Source: Eledone cirrhosa (Eukaryota). From it: DNA of 64,000 nt. Where the stretch lies: positions 48,236,001-48,300,000 of the forward strand of contig OZ024742.1 of the NCBI GenBank assembly GCA_964016885.1, given 5' to 3'. Positions 1 to 12,302 of this stretch are shown here, one piece after another (the first letter of the stretch is position 1; the number at the start of each line of letters is the position of its first letter). Under the pieces are notes generated by a model. That model saw nothing but the letters and a program-made list of their open reading frames with translations. It was not told the origin of the DNA and ran no database searches. The position numbers and the translations under genes are program-made.

Positions 1-945
1 CTACAGGGACCATTCTGACATATTATTTATCTGTTGTTTCATTCAACTGACGAAAATGATTTCTTCAATCCTTAAATGTCTCCATCGTCTCTATGGTGAC
101 CTCAATGTTTGGTTGCGGCATATAGCAAGACGTTTTTTTTTAACGGAAGAGACTCTTATTGTCACCTATTCCTTTATCCGTAGATGTAGTCTCTTTATTG
201 TTCTTCAGGTGTATGAGGAGCTACATTGTCGTGCACATTGTCAAGCACACTTCAGCGATATTGAAGGGGTGACTAGGAAGTGTGCATATATCGCTGCATG
301 TGGTCTAATATCAGTGGCGCTGTCTCCTGAACAAGGTTCCCGAGTGGGCCAGCCGTATATTCAATCTCTCCCTAAGGATGGCTTTTGTGATGGAAGCTGT
401 CGTCTTCTAATTGAATTGTGGCAGCTTCAAGTGAGATATTTTATCCAAAGGGGCACGTGTTCTCTTTGTTCATTTACCTTTTGCTGCCTTGAAATTCCAG
501 TGTTTGATGAGAGAAATAGGGAAGTTGTTTTCGTTGATTATTCTTTGGAATTCCATGGTGCTGGTATGACAGGCGCTACGCTCGCTGAATCCGCTGCGTA
601 TCCGGCAGATCTCCTTCCGTAAATAGGCCGTTTTAGCTCTGTAGGGAAGGGAATAGTCGTCGTGCATGAAAATCTCTCTGCAGGCATACCTCCTGACGTT
701 TAGTGTAAAATCGTATAAAAAGATAGATCCACTGTAGTCTTTGTTCAAATTCAAATTTTATGTGTGTCAATGTTTACAAATATGTTTATCTTGACGACTT
801 CTTCACGTGATGAAATGTGCATTAGGATGTCAACCACGTAGCTGATGAACAAGAAACTAGAACGGCAGGTGGTGTCCACTGTGCGCTCCAAATGGTCCAT
901 GTACGTGATTGACAGATGTCGAAACCAGGACATTGAGGTCACCAT
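1..945 (-). pseudogene. Decayed Penelope-like element ORF, region N-terminal to the RT
   Basis: Minus-strand fragments DFTLNVRRYACREIF and KDNKETTSTDKG resemble the PLE DFxxFxRR and KPADKG motifs; many stops and frameshifts. Confidence 0.45.
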
Positions 946-1168
946 AGAGGTGATTGAAAAAAAGATATGGGAAATTTAAAGATTAGAAAGCCACTTTAAA
1001 TAGCCGATTAAAACCAGAGATAAATAATAGAACAGAAATACCCGAGGCAGAATAATTACTGTAGCGGCCCCGCACATACGCATTCGTTTTGCAAACACAA
1101 CAGTTAGGGGTGAAAAGTTTGAGAACTGTGATCACTCATTTGTTTTCTGTTGGATTGTTTCAGCTTCG

Positions 1169-1203
1169 CATCTGAAAAGGGGATATTGCCCTGAAATAGT
1201 ATG
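1169..1203 (+). ncRNA. Degenerate minimal type I hammerhead ribozyme
   Basis: ca-t-CTGAAAA-gGGG atattg CCCt-GAAA-tag-TA-tg; G8>A leaves a C3-A8 mismatch. Confidence 0.45.
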
Positions 1204-1339
1204 ATTAAATACACAAGGTGAAAAATTATTTTGTTTTGTCTTGCTTCAATTGTCATTATTTTCCCCTTCGTAATTTTCTAGCGCAATATGGTGGCTTTTA
1301 AAAATAATTTATCGGCATTTTACTACATATCCGACAATA

Positions 1340-1535
<196 letters not shown>

Positions 1536-2107
1536 GATATACATATACCCAAACTAAACATAGTCACAGATATACATATTTTGGCAACCATTTACGATGT
1601 GGCTTAATGAAGAATTAATAAATTATATAATCAGAGCAATATGTCATGGAGTATGTCCATAGAATCATTTGTTAAAATATTTACACCATTTCCTCTCCCA
1701 ATTAGCATAATTAACGACATAAAAATCAATTAAACCAGGCTATAAAATTAAAAGGCTCCTATGAAGAAAAATTTGTTAAATAGACGACACCAGTCTCTTC
1801 GCGGCCGACCGCAATAGAACATCCCCCCCCCCCCAACATTTCAACGGCACGTGGGAATCGACTAAATATAACGTCAACCATACACAATTAGGTAAAATTA
1901 AAGTTAGAAGAAATGCGTACACCCTGTATATATACATATATTAATATATATAAAATTAGAATTAGTGCTCTGAAATAGCGATATATATATGAATGTATAT
2001 ATAGTGTATTTTGCAATAAAATTAAAAGCATTTCGAAGACCTTATGCCATTGATTTAGAGTAGTGACAGTCTCACTTACTTTAATTTTCAGCAAACAGGG
2101 GAGATAA

Positions 2108-2151
2108 AGCTGACAGAGCTCTGTTTCGCATTTTTTATGCTTATCATAGCT
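2108..2151 (-). ncRNA. Type I hammerhead ribozyme, copy 1 (core ATGATAA)
   Basis: Reverse complement AGCT-ATGATAA-GCAT aaaaa ATGC-GAAA-CAGAGCTCTG-TC-AGCT. Confidence 0.75.
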
Positions 2152-2425
2152 AACTACTCCTCCTGTTTGCTGAAAATCATGAATGTTTGATTCTTATAGG
2201 ATTCTAGTAATAATCAGGGACTGATTATACAGAGCGGTTGCCGGACAAGCAGAAATTGAAAATTAGAATTGGTGTTCTGAAACAGCGATATATATATGAA
2301 TGTATATATAGTGTATTTTGCAATACACTGTGTGCTTCATTAAAAGCATTTCGAAGACATTATGCTATTGTTTTAGAGTAGTGATAGTCTCACTTATTTT
2401 AATTTTCAGCAAATAGGGGAGATAA

Positions 2426-2470
2426 AGCTGACAGAGCTCTGTTTCGCATTTTTTGATGCTTATCAAAGCT
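2426..2470 (-). ncRNA. Type I hammerhead ribozyme, copy 2 (U3-A8 core)
   Basis: Reverse complement AGCT-TTGATAA-GCAT caaaaa ATGC-GAAA-CAGAGCTCTG-TC-AGCT; palindromic stem III, GUC triplet. Confidence 0.85.
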
Positions 2471-2499
2471 AACTACTCCTCATGAATGTTACTATATAT

Positions 2500-5400
2500 A
2501 TATATAACGAAGGAGATGTGGTAAGGAACCAGATGGACAATAACACACCAGAGTACTCAATACTTAGGGTAGTAGAGTGGGTAATAGGAAAAAGTATGAT
2601 CCTGACGACAGAGCTCAAGCCGTTTCGACGGCTATTTCTAGACTAAATTAGAATTTTTAGCCTGGTAAATAAATAATAACCGAACTTATCAATGGGCACT
2701 TCCTTATATGGGAAGATTGTAGTTGTCAAGAGAATTGGTCAGAATTTGTTGTAATCACAAATAAGTCTATCATGGCAATTGGTGGGAGGTAGGGGTGGCT
2801 GAACTCGCCTGTAGAACAATGAGGGAGTGAGTGGAGCCGCCAAGCGTTGAAAGGGATATCTATAAATATCTATTCATACACTATCTAAGGATAGTGTATG
2901 AAAAGTCTAAGAATTGTTCTGGAGAAAATGGAGGGTGTGTATAGATTAAGTAAATCAGATGAGAGTAGAAGACAATAAAACATAATAGAAAGAAATATAA
3001 AAAAGAGATATTTAAAATAGATAGTAAGAAATGAATAAAAAAACAAAAACAGTAGAGTCTAGAAACAGCTGCTATAATTAGTAGGTTTTGCTTGTATGGC
3101 CAAAGCTATAGAACATTTTAATAAGTCAAGAATAGAAAATACTAACATTGTAGAAGTGGGTAGTGATAAAAATATAATGCAAACTTTTCAGAGGTCTAAC
3201 ACAGCTGCTATAAGTAGTTAATAAAGCGTATTCGGCCAATTCTATCTTTAAATTACAGGGTGTGGGTGTACTGATGCTACACAAGGCTCGTTGGGCTGCA
3301 TCGGGGTAGGCAGAAGAGGAAAAACAGACGAGAAAGAAGATCGGGGGTGGAATGAATTGATAGGATGAGACAGTGGGAAGAAGACAACATAGAAGAAATG
3401 AAAACAGGTATATCTAGCTATTTAAGCTGGGGTTTCGCTTAACTTATTCTGCAAGTGGGGTTATCAGCCCTTGTCTACCCACCCGTTTGCCATAGAGAGG
3501 TACTATGCATCTATTACCTTACCGCTCCTTACGGCCGCTTTGGACTTTACCGAAATACTCACACCCATCACTGACCATGAAGGAAATATCATTCTCCACG
3601 CCAAGAAGACACCTACTTTTCGACAACTCTTAGTGGATAAAGAGAGCTCCCGACTCCCCCGTCTACATCAGTATGCGCGCGACGGATTCGGCCGATGTCA
3701 CAGATCTTATAGGATTATTCCTACTATTTAAACTCACCAAAATGTTTCCTGCATTTGGTGGTGGAGTGTACCGAGATGATGGGCTCCTCACCCTCAAAGG
3801 GTACAACCCCAGTAGTACAGACCCGGTCCGTAAACAACTTATCAACTTCTTCCGGGACTGGGGATTTAAAATCACCCTACAAACCTCCCTAAACCGAGTC
3901 GATTTCCTGGACGTTAACCTCAAAAATGATCTGTACTACCCATACAGGAAACCAAACGACAACCTGCACTACATCCACCGCCGCTCTAACCATCCTAGAA
4001 ACATCACCAAAAACCTGGTTAAAAACATCTCCCTCCGCATATCTCGTTTGTCCGCTAATGACGGATATTTGACGAACATGCGCTTTATTACAACCAGGCC
4101 TTCCAGCGGAGTGGCTTCGGGGAGTAAATATCTTTTTATCCAGCTTCCCTTAGCGGAACCAGCAGGCGACACCGCCGCTCACGCCAGGTAACGTGGTTCA
4201 ATCCTTCCCACAATGCCGAGGTGGCAACACCTATCGGCAAAATCTTCTTTAGGCTCCTCGAAAAACACTTCCCACTACAACACCGCTACCACAAAATAAT
4301 CAACAAAAACACCATCAAACTCTCCTACAGCACCACACCTAACTTCGCACAAAACATTGTCTCCTCAAACAACAAAAACTCAACCCCTTTGGAAGAAACA
4401 AACTGGACATCAGTGGACAGCCGACCAGGAGGTGTAACTGCCCTGATAGATCTACGTGCCCCATCAACAACAGATGCCGAGAACGTAACGTAATCTACCA
4501 GTGCAACGTGAGGACGGACACGTCCAACAAAGCTTATATAGGATTAACTACTTATGATTTTAAGACCCGGCTCTACCAACACTTTCCGAAATCCGGTCCG
4601 GCGACATGCCACTACACTTTCGGGACACATCTGGGATCTCCAAGATAATAATATAACCTACAATCTCACTTGGAGCTTACTGTCCAGAGCTAACTCTTAC
4701 ACGGGAGGACGCCGTCCGTGTAACTTATGCTCGGAGGAAACATTACACATGCTGTTTTCGAGGGATCAACTCCTAAACAAGAAAGACGAACTGGTAACCG
4801 CATGCAAACACAGATTGCGTAGGATTGACCTCGCCCTCAAACACCATAACGACCCCGGTGGGTAAACAAGGGGTGATAACCCCCACTTGCCGAATAAATT
4901 AGGGGAAACCCCAGCTTACATAAGTAGGTGTACCTCTTTTCTTTTCCTCTATGTTGTCTTCTTCCCCATGTTTCATTCTATCACTTCCTTCCACCCCCGA
5001 TCTTCTTCCTCGTCTGCTTTTCCCCTTCCGCCTACCCTGATGCGGCCCATCGGGCTTCTGTAGCCTCAGTACCCCCACCCCTGTAATTCTCAGATAGAAT
5101 TGGCCGAATATGATTTACTAACTATTTATAGCTGATGTGTTAGACCCATGTAATTTTGTATCTTTTTTGTTACTACTCCAATTCTACAATTTACAAGTTT
5201 CTTATTTAGTATTTTCTTTTTCTTAACGTGTAATTGTAAGTTAGCATTGGCGGTATACGCTTTACTAACTATTTATAGCAACTGTGTTAGACCCCTGAAA
5301 AGTTTGCATTATATTTTTTCACTACCCACTTCTACAATTTTAGTATTTTCTATTCTCGACTTATTAACCTTTTCTATAGCTTTGGCCATACAAGCAACAC

Positions 5401-5892
5401 CTACTAATTATAGCAGCTGTTTCTAGACTCTACTGTTTTTGTTTTTTTATTCATTTTTCACTATCTATTTTATATATATATTTTTTTTATATTTCTTTCT
5501 ATTATGTTTTATTGTCTCCTACTCTCATATGATTTACCTATTCTATATACTCCCTCCTCCATTTTATCCAGAACAATTCTTTGACTTTTCATACACTTTC
5601 CTTAGAATCTGCTGTATAGATATCACTTTCAACGCTTCACTGGCTCCACTCACTCCCTCATTGTTCTACAGGCAAGTTCAGCCACCCCTACCTCCCACCA
5701 ATTGCCATGATAGACTTACTTGTGTTTACAACAAATTTTAACCAATCCTCTTGACAACTACAATCTTCCGATATAAGGAAGTAACCATTGATAAGTTAGG
5801 CTATTTATTTACCAGGCTAAAAATTCTAATTTAATCCAGAAATAGCCGTCGAAACAGCTGGAGCTCTGCCGTCGGGGTCATAATTTTTCCTA
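2500..5892 (+). mobile_element. 5'-truncated Penelope-like element (probably Hydra clade) with inverted pseudo-LTR arms
   Basis: ~2585-3483 is the reverse complement of ~4857-5892; internal RT/GIY-YIG remnants; TA flanks. Confidence 0.9.
3484..4865 (+). pseudogene. Frameshifted PLE RT C-terminal half + GIY-YIG endonuclease
   Basis: YRDDGL, VDFLDV, YRKPND, WFNP, KHFP..KIINKNTIKLSYS, LSGHIWDL, CNLC, ACKH. Confidence 0.9.
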
Positions 5893-5894
5893 TA

Positions 5895-5942
<48 letters not shown>

Positions 5943-5966
5943 TAGAGAGATACACACACACACACT

Positions 5967-6108
<142 letters not shown>

Positions 6109-6489
6109 CATAACAAAGGGAAATAGCTTAAACGATATTTATTTGAACTGAAAGACCGAAATACTGCTTGTTAATTAAAAATAGTCAACAGATTCGACTG
6201 ATTTTGAACCATTTTATCTGATTTATATACTTCGGTTATGTTTTTTCTTTCTCTTTCTCTTTCACTTACATAATGCAATCACATTTCTATACTATTCTAA
6301 TGCATACCTTTTAATAGCTTTATACTGCATTCTATTATATAATAGAAAACTTTTGCTATAGCATACGAACACTAACCCGTGAACTTAAATTCGAAATTAC
6401 CGTCTTTATGGCCGCCTGTTTAATCTTCGTTGACTGCAGTTTCACAGGAAAATTCTCGAGCAACTAATCCATGATCTTCTCTTTGCAAC

Positions 6490-6905
6490 GTTGCCCATAC
6501 AGAAAGAGCCTTGCAGCTTCCTGCTTCTCAGGAGCTGCCCAGATTTTGTGTATGGAAGTAATATTAAGGAAGACGGAGGTAATCCACCAGCCTGCATCTC
6601 AGGAAGAGAGTCTCCCTCCAGATATCACCGTTGGCGAAACTGAAATGAAAACGTTCTATCAGTTCACATACCCTGGGTGCACAATCATACCGAATGCCAA
6701 CAGGGAACTCAGCAAGAGACAGGCAAAAGCAAGCAGTTCATTTCGAAGACTCTACACATGCTTTGTGGAACAATAAACACCTGAAGAAGTGTTGCAAAAC
6801 CAGAGCGTACAGAGCCATCGTTCTTGCCACCCTCCTATATGCCTCAGAGTCATGGGTCATTTATCGCCACCACCTTCGACTCCTTGAACGCTACCTCTGC
6901 ACCAT
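6490..6905 (+). mobile_element. RTE-clade LINE fragment (post-RT region)
   Basis: FTYPG..KASSSFRRL and YRAIVLATLLYASESWVIYRHHLRLLER. Confidence 0.75.
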
Positions 6906-6929
6906 CGATGATGAAATAGTTGTCTTTTA

Positions 6930-7800
6930 AAATTAATTGAAGACCGTCTATGATGAACTATTTTTTATTAGGTTTTTGTAGTTCATAGGAGAATGAATCA
7001 ACCAGTATTTGATAGACCGATTCCGGAGTCATATAGCATGTTATTGCATATGGTCACAATATCCAATGTAACCATGTAAAGGTTCTGGTTTACTTCGTTT
7101 CGAAGAGTATTGAGTACATCTAGATCATCTCGTATGAAGCTCCTTGTGTTTTTAATAAAGGGTTTCAATAAGATGTTTAAAACCTTACAGAATCTGTTAT
7201 CATTAGTCTTAGCTTTAAGACGGTTGGTGTGGGTATATTTACACATGTTTTCATTTTTATCATGTCTCCTTAATCAGTTCATTCTTGTATATTTTCCGTA
7301 TTCCAGAGCGATGTATTGTCCTTATTCTAAAAGTTGGTGTGATAGTCTAGTTCCTTATTGGTTAGACAGTTTTGGAATACATGGAGTAAATCAGAGAATT
7401 GTTTCGTCACATTATGAAGTTTCTATTCTTTGGCTTCTCCATAGTATGGTAGTAACTGCACCATCTGGAACACAAGGTTTGAGTAGTGTTTTGTGCGGCT
7501 TCTTTTATTACAATATTTTTGTCCTTTTTTAGATCATAGATGGTTCCATTGTCCTCTGGTGAAGTTGGACTTTTGTGGTATTTCCAGTATGTCCAGTATG
7601 GAAATGTTGAGATGTATTAAGAAAATTCATCGAGGGCTACGTTTCCGCATTTTTTAGTTTGATATTTTGTTTTGTGGTACATTTGTTAGAATTATTTAAT
7701 TTTTGTCATTTAGTATGATAGGTAGATTTTAGTTGTATTTGTTAGTAGTTTTCTCTATTATTTGGATTAAGAGTTGAAATGTATGGTAAGACATTGTTTC
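6930..7800 (-). pseudogene. Decayed PLE RT fragment
   Basis: LNILLKPFIKNTRSFIRDDLDVLNTL..VTLDIV (RT fingers and motif A). Confidence 0.7.
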
Positions 7801-8600
7801 GTATTTTCTTATACATACAAACATATTATATGCAAACAACTACATTCATTTAGAAACACTACTAAGAGTGAATTGGTATATAAGCCGATTAAGTTTTTCC
7901 TTGGGGTTGCTTAGATTATATACTTCTTTTCGGACGAGCCCCCAAATAAGACAAAAATCAACTGAAGTTTCTCATTTACACAATTTTCTCGCAAACTTTC
8001 ATTATTTAGCATGCGTGTTCATTAAAAAAACATATTATTTAATATGGACATTGGCGCAATCTCAGTTACCCCCACCTTATACATACATATATCGCATCGT
8101 AAAATTTGGCTATAAAAAGCGCTACACATATATCCTTATTTACTACCAACCAGTACGCTAATTATATATTTATTATTACGTCCATTGCAGAATACGATTA
8201 TGACCAAATGAGAATAGAATTTAATGAAATACGTGCTTCTTTACGGTTGTTTAGTTGCTATACAAACCTTTAGTTACGTTCCCAGTAAGGTCCGAATTTA
8301 TGCCTACACTGTTGTCTTTATACGTCAATATATTAAATGTGTGTCAGTATGTGCGATCATCTGTGTTATATATGTTGAAATTAAACAGAAACAACTAAGC
8401 TTGGCGCTGCAGTCGGGATCTTACAACTCCCTACCCCTCACCATCTCTCTCTCTCTCTCGATATATATATATATATATATATAGATATAGATAGGTAAAT
8501 ATACACGGGTCTGTATGATTGTGTATAGAAGATTATATTAATAAGAGGAATTCCAACTTTGTCTGATTTACTCGTTTTATTTACAATCCTTTAAAATATA

Positions 8601-8784
8601 TAATTGTTTCTATTTTAGGCACAAGGCCAGCAAAGACTCAGTACATTACTGGTACTTTATTTTATCGACCCCGTAAGGATGAAAGGCAAATTAACCTCGG
8701 CGGGATTTGAACTCAGATCATAAAGGGACGTAACTCTATGCTTCAAATCATGGTGTCCGACTCTCTACCGATACTGCCAATCCA
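8601..8784 (-). mobile_element. tRNA-type SINE
   Basis: A box TGGCAGTATCGG, B box GAGTTCAAATCC, core gcctttcatccttacggggtcgataaaataaagtaccag. Confidence 0.9.
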
Positions 8785-8838
8785 ATAATGGTATTATAAT
8801 GAAATAGTATGATAGAATATTAAATTCTAAGTGTTAAT

Positions 8839-8877
8839 TGAACAAGTACTTTCATGCTTTCGCAATCTTCAGGTACA
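8839..8877 (-). ncRNA. Minimal hammerhead ribozyme
   Basis: Reverse complement TGTAC-CTGAAGA-tTGC gaaa GCAt-GAAA-GTAC-TT-GTTCA. Confidence 0.7.
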
Positions 8878-8925
8878 TAATATGTGGTGACAGTCGAGTT
8901 TGCAATTTTCAACTGTGTGTGTATG

Positions 8926-9210
<285 letters not shown>

Positions 9211-9345
9211 ATTTGAATGGATACAGTTTAGTTGAAAGGAATTTATTGACACGTGTTTCTATAACAGTTACATAACCTAAAACAGCTGCTATCTACAAAC
9301 TTTTAGTTATGCAGACATATATACACACACATATATATATATATA

Positions 9346-9384
<39 letters not shown>

Positions 9385-9386
<2 letters not shown>

Positions 9387-9580
9387 TTGGAATGTTGCGA
9401 AGTGATGGAACATGCTTCATTATGTTATGCTTTGCAGCAAAGAGTTACGGCCCTCTATGATCTGAGTTCAAATCCGGCTGAGGTTAACTTTGCCTTTCAT
9501 CCTTTCGGGGTCGATAAAATAAAGTACCAGTAAGGCACTGGGTAATTGCTGGCCTTGTGCCAAATGTAGAAACAATTATA
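9385..9580 (+). mobile_element. SINE, same family
   Basis: B box, core and ggccttgtgcc tail. Confidence 0.85.
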
Positions 9581-10222
9581 TTATATACAGTGTACAATCA
9601 TTTGAGGATGAACAACTTGGAGAATGCCTGCATGTAGCGGGGTGATATTTGTTTTGATTCTTTAAATTAAGTGTTTATAACCAGTGAAGTTCAGCTTACC
9701 TCTCATACTTACACAGTCGAAAATCTTGCTACTGTGTTTAAATTAGAAGTTAATATAGTAGTTAACTGCTATGAAAAATATCATTTCCATTAACACTTTT
9801 AGAAACAAATATATATAAACAAGCTGTCATTAGATCACTTTTAGTTATGCAGTATGTGCTAACTGCTGCTCGGCAGCCTGCTTGAAACTTAATTTGGTTT
9901 CATGGAAATTGCAAATTTCCTTTTATTGAACTAAGAGATATTTTGACCTTTAATCGCTTAAGGTCTTGAGGATATTCTGCAAGATGTTCTTAAGCTTCTA
10001 TATGGTCAACAATTAAGTAAAGGTTATTGAAGAATAGCCATTGCATCATTCCAGATGTAAGTGTAAATCACTCCAAACACACTTGCCTACATACGCATAT
10101 ACATCATCGTCATTGGTTGATGAGCATGTCACGAATATAATAGTAACTTTTGTGCGTTAGTGTGGGTGAGTGTGTGTGCGTGGAGGGGCTAGTGATGACA
10201 CGTATATATATATATATGTATG

Positions 10223-10311
<89 letters not shown>

Positions 10312-10329
10312 ATATATATATATGGGGAT

Positions 10330-11525
10330 GGAAACCCCTGACACTGGACGGACATAATAGTAACACTCGGCAGGATAAATACGCGGAAACGAAAACTAAG
10401 ATAAACCCATATTTTCCTGCACCAAATCGCTTTTGAACAGAAGCTCCCTCAATTCAATCTATACATTGACAGATTGACAATCATATGGATAGTTTTGCAT
10501 ATATGTACTCTGTGTTTTTGCATTTATTCATTATTGGTTCTTTTCTTTTGTGTACTTTATATCTGTTTTTCTTTGGTTTTGTTCCATGTGATGGAAATTA
10601 TGACTGTGTACCAGATTGACTGCTGCCTTTAATACTGTAGTTTACCCTCCGTTCTAATGTACAGCACTATCGTTCAATATGTGGATAGAGTAACTGTGAC
10701 ATTAGAACCCCTCTCAGAACTTCTTACTTAAACATCTCTCTCCATATTATTTACTCACTTCAATCTATATGTTTTTTTACTCACCTCAATCCGGATCCTC
10801 ACTTGAAAATTTTTTTTTAATTTCTAATTGTTAATTTTTTAATTGTTTAATTTATAATTTCTGATTTTTGATTTAGGATTTTTATTTTTACTTCCAACTC
10901 TCACTCATAACTTCCAATGTAAAACCATGATACCTCGAATTAAGTATATTTTCTCTTGGGAGTTGATGGTCAGTCGTACTGTCCATGCTTGGTGAGGGGT
11001 AGTATTGTGACCTGTAAAAACTAACACTCTCCCATCCCCTTTGGCTTTCGGCTGACTTCCACAGACGCGACGGGTAGCAGTAAACTATGGTACAGGACTA
11101 AATGGGTCATTGTTTGGCTGAGAGGGTGAACTGAGTAAGCGAATTTCGTTGAAATTTGCGGTAGTTAATGGTCAACCTCCTTCGGACATGCGCCTGCGCA
11201 GACCGGTCGGGGTGAATTCGTACTCACAGGGGAACGGATGAAGAACCCAAAAGCACACACTTCGTCCATTCCCATGTCGATTCAACTTGGATTGCCTCGG
11301 AAACATAACCTTATTATGTAACAAGCTGTCTGATGATGTCTCGACACTCGCACACAGAACAGTGTGGCCAGTGTCGTCATTGAAATATATATCACAGCAT
11401 TATTATTAAAGGACATGAACATCTGAAACTACTTCGCTTTTACTTATTCGATATTTACTCCGTCACTCCTATGTGGAAAAAGTACCTTGATTGCTTGAAT
11501 TGAATTGCATCAATATTTACCCTAA

Positions 11526-11527
<2 letters not shown>
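10330..11527 (+). mobile_element. PLE 3' UTR / pseudo-LTR relic
   Basis: Lies between TA tracts; T-rich UTR-like composition ending in a hammerhead and an AT-rich tail. Confidence 0.5.
11325..11398 (+). ncRNA. Type I hammerhead ribozyme with long stem II
   Basis: GCTGT-CTGATGA-tg..CGACACT..CACAC agaaca GTGTG..AGTGTCG..catt-GAAA-TATATA-TC-ACAGC. Confidence 0.8.
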
Positions 11528-11561
<34 letters not shown>

Positions 11562-11916
11562 ATCTTTGTGAGATATGTAATAAATAACTGATGAGTTTCA
11601 TAACGTTGATACAATACAGTTGAAATATACTGGGTAAAACTTTACTTTATCTGTGTTATCATATATTACCATTTATATATCTCTTTATTTCTACCGTATA
11701 ACACCGGGATTTTGAAACTTAATAAAACTTAGTCGATGGTAATTATTATTGTTTTATATATATATAAGATTATACCAACCATCTTCGTTAATTTTCTCTG
11801 TGAATAAGTAAGTTACAAAGTTACTACTTTAAAATTCATAGCGAATGGTCTTCAAAATGTTTTTAATTAAACATACTGTATATTATCAAATACATAATAC
11901 ACAATTATGAATTATG

Positions 11917-11973
<57 letters not shown>

Positions 11974-12134
11974 AACACGCAAACGCTCAGGTACATAGAA
12001 ACAATATATAATGGTCACATGCACACATGTAAAAATACACACACACGTTCATACACAGACGTACACACACATATTCTTACGTGCACGTGCACACATGCAC
12101 AAAAATCAAACCATTCACGGACACATACAAACCA

Positions 12135-12302
12135 ATAATTGTTTCTACATTTGGCACAAGCCAGCAATTACCCAGTACATTACTGGTACTTTATGTTATC
12201 GACCCCGTAAGGATGAAAGGCAAAATTAACCTCGGTGAGATTTGAACTTAGTTCGTAAAAGAGCGTAACTCTTTGCTGGAAAGCATGGCGTCCGACTCTA
12301 TC
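12135..12302 (-). mobile_element. SINE, same family
   Basis: Core and B box. Confidence 0.88.

Larger units (their letters stand above)
1952..2490 (-). mobile_element. Tandem ~310-318 bp repeat (about 1.7 units) with one hammerhead per unit; retrozyme-like or tandem pseudo-LTR
   Basis: aattagaatt(a/g)gtg...ctgaaa(t/c)agcg repeats at ~1953 and ~2261; HHRs 318 nt apart; TA runs on both flanks. Confidence 0.8.
8495..8915 (-). mobile_element. Inverted pseudo-LTR copy of the PLE 3' end at 19610-19822, interrupted by a SINE
   Basis: cacgggt..gtatgattgtgtatagaagattatatt and attgaacaagtactttcatgctttcgcaat are reverse complements of sequence at 19650-19820. Confidence 0.8.

Noticed and set aside
56-622. 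188-aa plus-strand ORF
   Set aside because: No recognisable motifs; it is antisense to a decayed PLE ORF
11588-11640. CTGATGAG...GAAA hammerhead-like string
   Set aside because: No convincing stem I, II or III
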